Shown: piece by piece, positions 44,668 through 54,458 of the stretch
How positions within the stretch are numbered: position 1 is the first letter of the stretch
Layout: each line of letters opens with the position of its first letter
From: Acidimicrobiaceae bacterium
Lineage (GTDB): Bacteria > Actinomycetota > Acidimicrobiia > Acidimicrobiales > Bog-793
Direction of reading: 5' to 3'
NCBI GenBank assembly: GCA_003140595.1
Contig: PLKG01000156.1
Coordinates: forward strand, 25,703 to 89,702
DNA: 64,000 nucleotides
Notes under the pieces: generated by a model
Told to the model about the DNA's origin: nothing
Seen by the model: the letters and a program-made list of their open reading frames with translations, nothing else
Databases searched by the model: none
Made by a program: the position numbers and the translations under genes

Positions 44668-45867
44668 TCAGCTCAACCCGGCCCTCTTGCAGATGTGGTC
44701 GGCAATCGCGAGCGACGCTGTGGCGGCGGGAGACGGGGCGTTGCGAACATCCAGGATGCTGCCCCTGAAGTCAAGCCAGAAATCGTCGACCAGTGATCCG
44801 TCACGAAGCATCGCCTGGGCCCGGATGCCTGCCAGAGACGGTTCCAAGTCGTCAGCGGTCAGCTCCGGGACGTAGCGGCGAACCGCCGATGCAAATCCCC
44901 GCCGGCTCGTGGCGTGAGAGATCTCTCGCATGCCAGCGCGCCAATTCGATCTCGCAAAACGGAGAAATCCAGGCCACGTTAGAGTCTCGCGAACGTCCTG
45001 CCAGGCAAAGGCCGATCTCGAGTAGTTGTCGCGTGACAAGCCGAGACAGGCATTCGGCCCGACGAGCACCTCGTCGTGCACGGTTCTCGTCAAGTGAATT
45101 CCGAGAAACGGGAACCGGGGATCGGGAACGGGGTAGACGAGCCCTCGCACCAGGCGCTGAGCTGCGGGTCGCAGGCGATAGTAGGACCCTCGGAACGGAA
45201 TGATTCGAGGCTCGGCGTCGGCTCCCGAACGTATAGCCAAACGGTCTGATTGAAGGCCCGCGCAAACGATCGCGAAGTCGCAGTCGAAGTGCCCGGCGTG
45301 GGCGCCCGCCAACTCCAGCCGGACGAGACCATCGGACCGAGAGATGACTGATAGCACTTCTGTTCCGAGCCAGAGATGTCCCGAAGCAGCTACGTCCTGA
45401 GCGAGAGCATCAGCGACGGCACTGAAGTCGACGACGGCGGTCGAAGGAGAGTGGATGGCACGAAGGCCGACGACGTGCGGCTCCAGCCCACGTAATGCCG
45501 ATTCCTCCACCATTTCAAGTCCAGGAACGCCGTTGGCCACACCGCGTTCGAACAGCTCTCGGAGTCTCGGCAGCTCCGAATCATCGACTGCGACAACGAC
45601 CTTGCCGCAAGCATGGACCGGAATGGAGTGCTCAGCGCAGTATTGCTTCATTAGCCGACCCCCTGATACGCAGAGCTCCGCCTTCAAGGAACCGGGCGCG
45701 TAGTAGAGGCCAGAATGGATCACTCCACTGTTGTGGCCGCTCTGATGGGCGCAGACGACGTCTTCCCGTTCGATCACCACGACGCTTGCCGCCGGGTTGG
45801 CCGACAACAGCTCTCGAGCTATGGCCAAGCCAACGATGCCGGCTCCGACCACGGCCAGCCGTCTCAT
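44668..45867 (-). CDS. lhgO: FAD-dependent L-2-hydroxyglutarate oxidase-like oxidoreductase
   Basis: N-terminal dinucleotide fold VVGAGIVGLAIAREL. The length of 399 aa and overall sequence match LhgO-type DAO-family enzymes. Confidence 0.65.
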   Translation of the reverse strand: MRRLAVVGAGIVGLAIARELLSANPAASVVVIEREDVVCAHQSGHNSGVIHSGLYYAPGSLKAELCVSGGRLMKQYCAEHSIPVHACGKVVVAVDDSELPRLRELFERGVANGVPGLEMVEESALRGLEPHVVGLRAIHSPSTAVVDFSAVADALAQDVAASGHLWLGTEVLSVISRSDGLVRLELAGAHAGHFDCDFAIVCAGLQSDRLAIRSGADAEPRIIPFRGSYYRLRPAAQRLVRGLVYPVPDPRFPFLGIHLTRTVHDEVLVGPNACLGLSRDNYSRSAFAWQDVRETLTWPGFLRFARSNWRAGMREISHATSRRGFASAVRRYVPELTADDLEPSLAGIRAQAMLRDGSLVDDFWLDFRGSILDVRNAPSPAATASLAIADHICKRAGLS

Positions 45868-46196
45868 CTTCGTGGGCCTTGCGGGTCACTGCGAATCACG
45901 AACAAGTCACCGCCGGTATCGTTCTTCACTTTGCCTGCGGTCCATCGTTCCAGGGATGTCTCGATTATGTCCCAGCCTGACAGTCGCGCGTCACTCCGCG
46001 GGAGTTTTCCAAGGCCAAGGCCGCGTGGCCTGTGGGAGGGTCCCCTCTCCGGCCTTTAGCCGCGGCGTGGTTACAGTTGGCGCATGGACGACGTCGACCT
46101 CGGCGGCCTCGACCGGCTTTGTGACCGAACTGCGCTTCACCCGCTCCACTCTCGGAGTTGTCGCGCAGGTGCAGGCACGAGCAACGGGAGAGTCTG

Positions 46197-46730
46197 ATGA
46201 ATGCACGCGACCAGGCCGCGGACAAGTCGTCTCGCTCTGGAGCACCCGCCTCACATCTTGAATGGCCAGATGCCGCACAGGCCGCCCGCGAGGCGACCTT
46301 CAGGAGACTCCACTCGTTGGTGCTCGAGGACGATCCGGTACCGGCCGAAGTGCTCTCGAGCGCGAAGTCCAGTTTCGGGTTGCGTTCCATCGATGATGAG
46401 CTGGCCGCTCTTGTCTATGACTCGCTGACGGACGACGAGCTTCTCGTGAGTGTTCGGTCCGGCGGACGGACGGTCCGACAACTGACTTTTGAGGCACGTG
46501 ACCTTGCGCTCGAGCTCGAGGTATCAGGCGCCAGGTACCTGGTGGGGCAAGTCGTACCTCCACAGGCAGCCACGGTGGAGCTCCGCCACCGAGGCGGAAC
46601 TGCCGAGATGGAGACCGACGAGCTCGGTTGTTTCCACGTCCCTGCGGTGCCCGACGGACCTGTGAGCTTCCGCTGGCACCCCGCAGCGCCTGGTGCCCGT
46701 CCGGTCGCAACCAGTTGGTTCACGCTCTGA
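46197..46730 (+). CDS. Hypothetical protein with a C-terminal beta-sandwich-like domain, partner of the CHAT protein
   Basis: The ATG follows GGGAGAG. The sequence reads IDDELAALVYDS...LTFEA..LALELEV...LVGQVVP...VELRHRGG...DELGCFHVPAVPDGPVSFRW. It is followed 28 nt later by the TPR-CHAT gene. Confidence 0.55.
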   Translation: MNARDQAADKSSRSGAPASHLEWPDAAQAAREATFRRLHSLVLEDDPVPAEVLSSAKSSFGLRSIDDELAALVYDSLTDDELLVSVRSGGRTVRQLTFEARDLALELEVSGARYLVGQVVPPQAATVELRHRGGTAEMETDELGCFHVPAVPDGPVSFRWHPAAPGARPVATSWFTL

Positions 46731-46758
46731 TCGAGTCCGGGGTGAGCCGGCGGGCCTG

Positions 46759-49458
46759 ATGGCGCGTCCGACCGCGAACACGTCACTCGACGCGGCCGAA
46801 CGCGCCCTCGCGGCAGTTGTCGACGACCCGCTCCGGGCTGAAGCAGCCGCATTGGCAGTGCTCTCCGATCGTGGAGTTGACGCGGAGGCAGCGTCGGTGG
46901 CCCATCGCACGGTCGGTCTGGTGGCTCGCGAGACTGGCCGGCTGAGCGTCGCCAGACAACGCCTACGCCGCGCGATCGCCGTCGCCGAGGCCGGGAAGCT
47001 GGACGTACGCGCGACCGAGGCGCGATTGAGCCTGGTCCTCGCACTCCTCCAAGGCGGATACCCGGACGCGGCGCTGACCGAGCTCGATCACGCGGCCGAA
47101 CAAGCCCCGCGAGAACTGCGCGGACAAGTCTTTGTACAGCGTGCCCTCATTCACATCCGCGTCGGTCGCTTTGAAGAGGCAATTGAGGACAGCCGCCGAG
47201 CTCTTCCGCTGCTCCGCCGTGCCGGCGACCGCTTGAACGAAGCGCGGCTTCTCTCCAATCGTGGAATCCTCCATGCCTACCGCAGTGAGCTCGCTCTCGC
47301 CGAAAGGGATCTCAACAAGGCCTTGCACCTGTACCGGTCGCTCGAAGGTGGGATCGCGGCAGCTCAGGTGCTGCACAACCTCGGGTATGTCTCCGCGCTG
47401 AAGGGCGACGTCCCTGCCGCGCTGCGACTGTACGACCAAGCCGCGCTCCAATTCGCCGAGCGAGGCCTGAGCGCTCCGGCCCTGTCGATCGATCGCGCCG
47501 AGCTGTTGCTTTCTACGAGGTTGCTTCCCGAAGCGCGCCAGCAGATCGAGGCCGGTGTTGCGAGTTTGGAGGCAGCGGGCACTTCCCTCGACCTGGCTGA
47601 GGCCAGACTGCTCCTGAGCCAGGTTGCTCTCGCCGAGGGCGATCTCGGCGTCTCAAGCTCGGCGGCGCGCTCGGCGCGTAGACAACTCGTGCGTCAGGGA
47701 CGGTCCCGTTGGGCGGCACTGGCCCGGTTCGCCGAGGCGCAATCGCGATGGGCGGCCGGCAGCGCCCAATCTCGCGTCCCCAGAGAGGCCGGTGCGCTCG
47801 CAGGGGTTCTCGGCGAGCAAGAGTGGCTGCTACCGAGCCTCGAGTGCCGCCTGATTGGCGCACGCGCGGCCCTGCTGGCAGGCGACATGGACACTGTGCA
47901 GTCACTCGTGGCCGGTATCGACGGACGTACGCGGTCCGGGCCGTCGGCGCAGCGAATGCGCGCATGGTACGGCGAGGCACTGGGCCGACTTGCACTCAAC
48001 GACCGCCCGGGCGCGCTGTCGGCGCTCAGGTCCGGGCTCAAAGTCGCCCAGGATTATCGCGCGACCCTGGGGGCCACCGAGCTACGTGTGCGAACTGCGA
48101 CGAGCGTTTCGGAGCTCGCCGATCTTGGCCTTGAAATGGCATTCGAGTCCAGACGCGCGGTAGAGGTGCTCCAGTGGTCGGAGCGGTGGCGAGCTGGCGC
48201 GCTACGGGCACCGAGGGCTACGCCTCCGAAGGACGAGGAGCTCGCTCGGATGCTCGCGACGCTGCGGGAGACCGTCGCTCGCCTCGAGCGCGCCTCGCTC
48301 GAAGGCGACGACGTAGCGTTGCTCTTCGCGCGACAGCGGAGGATCGAGGCAGCGATCCGCCAGCGCAGCCAACGAGCCGAAGGAGATTTCGCAGAAGTCC
48401 CGCGATTTCCCAGTCCCGCCGAACTGCGAGAGGCGATCGGTGAGCGAGTCCTTGTCGAATACGTCGAGCACGACGGTCGGCTGCATGCTGTTACCGGGAC
48501 CCGGCGCCGGTTCAAACTATGGCGTCTAGGCAGTGCACACCAAGTGGCGGCCGAGCGGTTCATGCTGCAGTTCGCGCTGCGTCGCCTGGCCCTTCGCCGT
48601 AGCTCCCTACCAAGTCTCGAGGCGGCGGCGGCACTCCTTCAGCGATCTTGCAACCGCCTGGAGGGCCTCCTAGTGAAGCCCCTGGCCCGCGACCTGGACG
48701 GTCGCGACCTCGTAGTCGTACCGACCGGTGAGCTCCACGCCCTTTCCTGGGCGTTGCTCCCGTCGCTGCGAGGCCGGGCTGTGACCGTTTCGCCGTCCGC
48801 GTCACTTTGGTACTCCCGCCAGTGCGAGGATCTCCGAGAGCTACGGCTGGAGGCTGCGGGCGCGGATGAGATCGTGTTCGTCGCCGGTCCAAGGGTCGCA
48901 CACGCGTCAGAGGAAATCGACCGGATCCGCTCGGCTTTCTATCCGAGAGCGCGGACCTTGAAAGGCCCTGCAGCTACTGTGCGGGCGGTCGCACTGGCTT
49001 TCGAACGGCGACGCCTCGCTCACGTGGCTGCTCACGGGACATTTCGTGCAGACAATCCTCAGTTCTCCTCCCTGCACTTGGCTGACGGGCCGCTCACCGT
49101 CTACGACCTCGAACGTATCGTGCGGCCGCCCGAGTGGATAGTGCTCTCGGCCTGCGAAGCGGGACGCTCGGAGGTCCATCCGGGCGACGAGCTCATGGGC
49201 ACAAGCGCTGCCCTGCTCTCGCTCGGGACGCGAGCCGTCGTCTCGAGCGCGGCGGCGGTGCCCGATGACGGGGTGATCCCGGTCATGATGGCTCTGCACG
49301 AGCAGCTGGTTCATGGGTACGGGTTGGCACGGGCGCTGGCGACCGCCCAGGCGCGAGTACTTCCCGATCCCTCATCATTCGGCGATCTCGCCGCAGGCGA
49401 CCAACGAGCGCTGGAGGCGTTGGCAGCAGGAGCTTTCGTGTGTCTGGGCGCTGGTTAA
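46759..49458 (+). CDS. TPR-repeat CHAT-domain (caspase-like) protease
   Basis: The N-terminal ~600 aa is TPR-like and helical. The C-terminal CHAT domain has a His-Cys dyad context (LAHVAAHGTF and WIVLSACEAGRS). No P-loop was seen. Confidence 0.8.
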   Translation: MARPTANTSLDAAERALAAVVDDPLRAEAAALAVLSDRGVDAEAASVAHRTVGLVARETGRLSVARQRLRRAIAVAEAGKLDVRATEARLSLVLALLQGGYPDAALTELDHAAEQAPRELRGQVFVQRALIHIRVGRFEEAIEDSRRALPLLRRAGDRLNEARLLSNRGILHAYRSELALAERDLNKALHLYRSLEGGIAAAQVLHNLGYVSALKGDVPAALRLYDQAALQFAERGLSAPALSIDRAELLLSTRLLPEARQQIEAGVASLEAAGTSLDLAEARLLLSQVALAEGDLGVSSSAARSARRQLVRQGRSRWAALARFAEAQSRWAAGSAQSRVPREAGALAGVLGEQEWLLPSLECRLIGARAALLAGDMDTVQSLVAGIDGRTRSGPSAQRMRAWYGEALGRLALNDRPGALSALRSGLKVAQDYRATLGATELRVRTATSVSELADLGLEMAFESRRAVEVLQWSERWRAGALRAPRATPPKDEELARMLATLRETVARLERASLEGDDVALLFARQRRIEAAIRQRSQRAEGDFAEVPRFPSPAELREAIGERVLVEYVEHDGRLHAVTGTRRRFKLWRLGSAHQVAAERFMLQFALRRLALRRSSLPSLEAAAALLQRSCNRLEGLLVKPLARDLDGRDLVVVPTGELHALSWALLPSLRGRAVTVSPSASLWYSRQCEDLRELRLEAAGADEIVFVAGPRVAHASEEIDRIRSAFYPRARTLKGPAATVRAVALAFERRRLAHVAAHGTFRADNPQFSSLHLADGPLTVYDLERIVRPPEWIVLSACEAGRSEVHPGDELMGTSAALLSLGTRAVVSSAAAVPDDGVIPVMMALHEQLVHGYGLARALATAQARVLPDPSSFGDLAAGDQRALEALAAGAFVCLGAG

Positions 49459-49574
49459 GCTGAGCACGAGAGGGGCTTGACAAGCACGCCGGCCTGCCGC
49501 GGACAAGAACAACCCGAGTGCTGGGATGATCTTGTGTGGCGGCAGCTCTTGATCTCGGAGGTGAGGTGGCGAGG

Positions 49575-50603
49575 ATGGATCTCGGTGCCCGCGCCGGGCT
49601 CGACCCACAGGGCTGGCCAGTGGCCGGCGAGCTCCCGGTCATTACCGAGGCGTCCGAGGCGGCTCTGTTATTCGAGCGGATCGTGGACAACATCGCACGG
49701 GTGGTTCAGGGCAATGACGAGGCCATTCGACTCTCGGTGACCTGTCTTGTCGCCGGTGGTCACCTCCTTGTGGAGGACGTGCCCGGCGTGGGCAAGACGA
49801 GCCTCGGCAAGGCCCTGTCGGCCTCGGTGTCCTGCCGCCACCGCAGGATCCAATTCACTTCTGATCTCCTGCCCTCCGACGTCACCGGGGTGAGCGTGTT
49901 CGACGCCACGAAGACGACTTTCGAGTTCAGGCCTGGGCCCATCTTCGCCAACATCGTCCTTGGTGACGAGATCAACCGCACGCCTCCGAAGACTCAGTCA
50001 GCGCTGCTCGAGTCGATGGAGGAGCGCCAGGTCACTGTCGACGGGAACACCTACAAGCTGCCCGATCCGTTCATGGTGATAGCAACGCAGAACCCGATCG
50101 AGCACGAGGGGACGTTTCCGCTCCCCATCAGTCAGCTCGACCGGTTCCTTCTTAGGATCCAGATCGGCTATCCCGGCGTCGAGTCCGAGATTGTCATGCT
50201 CGAGACCCATCGCGTGAGCGAGCCCCTCGAGACACTGGAGCCGGTCGCCACTCCCGAGGATGTGATCGCGCTCGCCGCGCGGGTGCGGGCGGTTCACGTC
50301 TCGCCGCTGATCCAGCGCTACATCGTGCAGATCGCAAACGCGACCCGCGTCCACCCCTCGGTCGTCCTGGGGATGTCACCGAGGGCGGCCCTGGCCCTGC
50401 AGCGCGCGGCGCGAGCTCGGGCCGTGCTCGAGGGCCGGGACTTCGTCGCGCCTGACGACGTCAAGGTCATGGTCCCATCGGTCATCGGCCACCGCCTGGA
50501 GCTGCGAGCGACGGCAGGTCGCGGTGGCAGCCCTGTGAAGGCCGTTCTCGACGAGGTGCTCGGTCAGGTGCCCGTGCCCGATCTACCCACCGGGCGCCGA
50601 TAG
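49575..50603 (+). CDS. MoxR-family AAA+ ATPase (copy 2)
   Basis: Walker A LLVEDVPGVGKT, Walker B VLGDEINRTPPKTQSALLESM, ATQNPIEHEGTFPLPISQLDRF. A GGAGGTGAGG RBS is present. Confidence 0.9.
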   Translation: MDLGARAGLDPQGWPVAGELPVITEASEAALLFERIVDNIARVVQGNDEAIRLSVTCLVAGGHLLVEDVPGVGKTSLGKALSASVSCRHRRIQFTSDLLPSDVTGVSVFDATKTTFEFRPGPIFANIVLGDEINRTPPKTQSALLESMEERQVTVDGNTYKLPDPFMVIATQNPIEHEGTFPLPISQLDRFLLRIQIGYPGVESEIVMLETHRVSEPLETLEPVATPEDVIALAARVRAVHVSPLIQRYIVQIANATRVHPSVVLGMSPRAALALQRAARARAVLEGRDFVAPDDVKVMVPSVIGHRLELRATAGRGGSPVKAVLDEVLGQVPVPDLPTGRR

Positions 50604-50611
50604 CGAACAGG

Positions 50612-51976
50612 ATGTTGACCGCCCGAGGCCGCCGGACGATAACACTGGGCCTGATCGCGGGTGCCGCGGGCCGGGTACTGGGAATCCCGGAGTTTCTAGG
50701 CCTGGCTACGGCTGTCGTCGTCGTCACTCTGGCGGCACTGATAGGGGTCCGCGTCGTCAAATGCACCCTCACGGTCACCGCACGTGCTTTGCCACCTGTG
50801 GTGAGCGTGGACGAGCCGGCTGTGCTCGAGCTCACCATCGAGGCGCCCGGTGGCGCCGGATCGCTCTCGGTACCGGTCACTCTCCAGACAGACCACTCGC
50901 TGCGCCCGGTGCCGCACCAGCCGACGAGGATCACCGTGCCGCGTCTGGTGCGCGACGGCCGGGCAATGGCGCGGTTCGCGATCAGTACCGAGCGGCGAGG
51001 CCTTGTCGACGCCGGAGGCTACGAAGCGGTGATCTCCGATCCGCTAGGCCTGGCCGTGCGGCGTGTATCGGCCAGCCGGCCTACTCGATGCGTCGTGCTC
51101 CCGCGCATCGAGGCACTCGCATCGGTGCTGCCCGAAGGGCTCGGCCGCACTGACGCCGAGAGTGCCCTCTCGCTCGCGGAGAGGCCGATCACCGCGAGCT
51201 CGATGCTTCGACCCTACGCACACGGGGACGATCTTCGCAGGGTTCACTGGCGTACGACTGCGCGCGTCGGCAAGCTCATGGTTCGCGATGGCGGAGACCG
51301 GGACGAACCGGACCGCATCGCCACCACGGTGCTGCTCGAGGTAGGCGACGGTGCGACTCTGCCTGACGAGCTGGATCGGGCTGTCGAGGTCGCCGCGAGC
51401 GTATTGTCCGCCGCGGCGGACGAGTCCGGTACCGGAGTCTCCGGCACCTACCGCCTTGTGACGACGGCCGGTCTGGACACAGGCGCTCAACGAGGGCAAG
51501 ACGCGCTGCAGAACGTGCTCATCGCCATCGCCGCCGTCGCCCCGGCGCCGACACCGGTGCCCGGGCGGTTCAGTGCCGCCGTCGCGCGTCTCGGTCAGCC
51601 CGATCACGACGAGGCGCTCGTCATCGTCGGAGCGTTCGGGCGACGCCCACCGGATCGCGAGGTTCTCGGGGATCTTGTGCGGGTGTACTCGGCGGTCGTG
51701 CTCGTCCTCGTCGGAGCCGCGTGCCTTCCGGGGCTGGACCAGGTCGAAGCCACATGGCGAGCCGACTCCGACGGTGCCGCCACTGGTGGATTCTCAGAGA
51801 TCGGCCCCTGTCCGGCCCTGGAACCAGGCGGAGGCCAAAGGGGCACGCTGTTGACCGTGCCGCTCCCGCCCGGGAGGTCTCTGGCCGGAGCGTGGAGCAG
51901 GCTTGATCCCGAGGGAACGACGCCGGTCGACGACCTCACGGATTGGTTGGGCGACGCCCGCGAGGTGTCCAGATGA
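50612..51976 (+). CDS. DUF58 (VWA-like) protein (copy 2)
   Basis: It has N-terminal TM helices and the hallmark DDLRRVHWRTTARVGKLMVRD. It lies directly downstream of MoxR copy 2. Confidence 0.8.
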   Translation: MLTARGRRTITLGLIAGAAGRVLGIPEFLGLATAVVVVTLAALIGVRVVKCTLTVTARALPPVVSVDEPAVLELTIEAPGGAGSLSVPVTLQTDHSLRPVPHQPTRITVPRLVRDGRAMARFAISTERRGLVDAGGYEAVISDPLGLAVRRVSASRPTRCVVLPRIEALASVLPEGLGRTDAESALSLAERPITASSMLRPYAHGDDLRRVHWRTTARVGKLMVRDGGDRDEPDRIATTVLLEVGDGATLPDELDRAVEVAASVLSAAADESGTGVSGTYRLVTTAGLDTGAQRGQDALQNVLIAIAAVAPAPTPVPGRFSAAVARLGQPDHDEALVIVGAFGRRPPDREVLGDLVRVYSAVVLVLVGAACLPGLDQVEATWRADSDGAATGGFSEIGPCPALEPGGGQRGTLLTVPLPPGRSLAGAWSRLDPEGTTPVDDLTDWLGDAREVSR

Positions 51977-54360
51977 GCGCGTGGCTCGCCCTCGTGCTCA
52001 CCGACGTGGTAGCCGTCGCCACTTTCGCCCGCTGTTTCACGGGGCCGGGGGAGCTGACCGCCGCGCTCGTGACCCTCCTTCTCGTACATCTCGTTGGCCT
52101 CGAGGCGCGCGGCGGCATGTCCGCACTCCGCGTGACCGGACTTGGTGGAACCGGCGAGCCGGATCTCGCGGCGAACCAGAGCACCCGGCGTCCCTCCCGA
52201 GTTGTCCCTTGGGCACTCGGCCTGGTCGTGGCAGTGTTCTTGCCGATCGGGATCGTTGAGGGGCCAACCTTCTTGTGGATCGTGCCCGGCTATGGCGCGT
52301 GGCATGTCATGTTCACTGACATCCGAGCAGGTTGGACCGCCTTCTCATTCAGACTCGCACCGGTGCCCGAGCTGCCGGGCCTTGTTCTGGCGACGGCATG
52401 GGCGGCTGGCACTGCGGGACTGCTTGCGGAGCTGATCTCGTCCAAGCGCAGGGTCCCGGCGGTGCTCGCGCTCGTGCCGGCCCTCGGGCTCTATCTTTTC
52501 GCCTCCGCACTGGGAACAGATAGCTGGCGAGTGCCCGGTCTCGCGGCTATGGCCGGGTCGGCCTGCTGGTATCTCGTCGCAGTCGTCGGTCAGCGCGAGC
52601 GAGATCAAGGCGTCCTCGTCGCTACGCCCGACACGGGCCTCAGCGCCGGCGAGCGCACCACGTCCCACCGCGCAGGTGCCGTGCCGCTGTGGATGGCCGC
52701 TTTGGCAGCCTTTTCGGCCGCCGCCCTCGGCCCGAATCTCCCAGGTGCACGCTCGGTGGCCCTAGTCGCCTGGCACGGCACCGGAGGAGCCGGCAATGGG
52801 GGCGCCAAATTGTCCCCTGGGGCGACCGCGTCTGGCGTCCAGGTGAGCACGCTCGTTCAGGTCGCTCAGCAGGAGGTCGACGATCCCTCTGTTGCCCTTT
52901 TCACCGTGCATAGCCGTACGGCCACACGGGAGATGATTGCGGCATTGGACGAGTTCAACGGCGTCACCTGGAGTGCGACGGCACCCGGCTCGTCGACGGA
53001 AGTCAGCTCGTTCTCGCCACCCTTCGGCGAGGACGAGCGTCAGCCGCCTCCTGCGGTTCCGGACGGTCCCGGCCACGAGCAGCTGCTTCAGATCTTTGAG
53101 GTGTCAGGCCTTCGCGGTCACAGCCTTCCGAGCTGGGGCTATCCCATTACGGTCGCCAACGCGGGTCACGTGTGGAGGTACGGGTCTGGAGGGTCGATCG
53201 TCTCGGCCACCCAGCTCCAGCGCGGATCGCTGTACGCCGTGGACTCGGTCGAGGCCGATCCATCGCCGGTCCAGCTCGAGGCTGATACTCCGATCGTCTC
53301 CAACCGCGAGTACCTGCAGCTTCCTCGGCCGGTGCCGTCACGGCTCGTGGAGCTCGCCAACCGCATCGTCCTAGGAGCGACCACGGCTTATGAAAAGGCG
53401 CTCGACATCGACGCGTACCTGACCTCTCCGAGATTCCGTTACGAGCTTCCTCGGCCAACGAAACTGGGTGTGGTCGCGCCGTCTTCGGGTTACGGCGACA
53501 TTGTGAACTTCCTGTTCAAGTCCGAGACCGGTTACTGCCAGCAATTCGCCACATCCTTCGCGGTACTCGCTCGTATCGATGGGCTCCCGACCAGGATCGC
53601 GGTCGGTTTCCTCCCCGGGATTCGTGTCGGCCACGACGAGTGGCAGGTCGACGGTAGCGACACCCACGCCTGGCCCCAGGTGCAGTTCGAGAACTTCGGC
53701 TGGATCGACTTCGAGCCCACTCCTGGCACGAGTGTGCAGGGGTCTTCAGCGCCCGCCTCGGCGACGACAGCCACGACTACGACGCGACCTTCCGCGACCC
53801 CGCCCACTTCGGGCACAACGCACAACACCCATCGCTCGGGCAACGCTGCATCGACCAAGTCAAGGACGGGCAGCCCCGGGTTCGGTGCATATCGATCCGC
53901 CAGATCGTTGGCACCGTGGCTTCTCCTGCTCCCCGCATGTCTGGTCTTTTGGACCGGAGCGCTCGTTGTGTGGAGGCGGCTGCGCTTGCAGCGTCTGAGG
54001 CGCGAATCACGTGCCGGCGTCCTCGCCGCGTGGAGCGACGCGCTGAGGAATCTCGAGCGTGTCGGCGTCCGTCGCCGCCGGGCCGAGACCTATCTCGAGC
54101 TCGCAAGTCGTGTCAGCTCGACCGGAGTGTTGTCCGGTGAGGCAGAGCTGGCCTTTGCAGACCTCGCCATGCTCGCGACGACTGCGTCCTATGCCGGTAC
54201 GCCGCCTGGTGAGCTCTGGGCCCGCCAGGCAACTCGCGACGCCAGGACGGTCGTCCGCGGCGCTCGCGGGACGATCGCCCGTTGGAAGCGGATCATGTCC
54301 GTGTTCGACCCGAGGAACCTTCCCAGGTCGTGGGGTTCACAACTGCCGCATGCCGAGTAG
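51973..54360 (+). CDS. Transglutaminase-like membrane protein (TgpA-type) with a C-terminal TM helix and DUF4129-like tail
   Basis: The ATGA overlaps the upstream stop. It has multiple N-terminal TM helices and the core triad context GYCQQFATSFAVLAR (Cys), DTHAWPQV (His), GWIDFEPT (Asp), then a Thr/Ser-rich linker, a TM helix and a helical tail. Confidence 0.8.
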   Translation: MSAWLALVLTDVVAVATFARCFTGPGELTAALVTLLLVHLVGLEARGGMSALRVTGLGGTGEPDLAANQSTRRPSRVVPWALGLVVAVFLPIGIVEGPTFLWIVPGYGAWHVMFTDIRAGWTAFSFRLAPVPELPGLVLATAWAAGTAGLLAELISSKRRVPAVLALVPALGLYLFASALGTDSWRVPGLAAMAGSACWYLVAVVGQRERDQGVLVATPDTGLSAGERTTSHRAGAVPLWMAALAAFSAAALGPNLPGARSVALVAWHGTGGAGNGGAKLSPGATASGVQVSTLVQVAQQEVDDPSVALFTVHSRTATREMIAALDEFNGVTWSATAPGSSTEVSSFSPPFGEDERQPPPAVPDGPGHEQLLQIFEVSGLRGHSLPSWGYPITVANAGHVWRYGSGGSIVSATQLQRGSLYAVDSVEADPSPVQLEADTPIVSNREYLQLPRPVPSRLVELANRIVLGATTAYEKALDIDAYLTSPRFRYELPRPTKLGVVAPSSGYGDIVNFLFKSETGYCQQFATSFAVLARIDGLPTRIAVGFLPGIRVGHDEWQVDGSDTHAWPQVQFENFGWIDFEPTPGTSVQGSSAPASATTATTTTRPSATPPTSGTTHNTHRSGNAASTKSRTGSPGFGAYRSARSLAPWLLLLPACLVFWTGALVVWRRLRLQRLRRESRAGVLAAWSDALRNLERVGVRRRRAETYLELASRVSSTGVLSGEAELAFADLAMLATTASYAGTPPGELWARQATRDARTVVRGARGTIARWKRIMSVFDPRNLPRSWGSQLPHAE

Positions 54361-54458
54361 CTTCAAGTCGGCGTACGTATTTCCAGTGTGGATGCATAAA
54401 CGTGTCCGTTCGCAACGGCTGTTCCCCGGTTGTGACAGCCGGGCGCTAGGGTTCGGTC

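Noticed and set aside
46084-46197. 37-codon ORF (MDDVDLGGLDRL…) whose stop overlaps the ATG of the CHAT-partner gene (TGATG).
   Set aside because: It is too short, has no recognisable RBS or motif, and overlaps another open frame. It is mentioned under the CHAT finding only as something to test.
54361-54458. SigR/SigH-type autoregulatory promoter (GGAAT-N18-GTT) upstream of the ECF sigma gene.
   Set aside because: Only weak partial matches with wrong spacing were found by eye (for example GGATG…CGTT). This is not sufficient to call.
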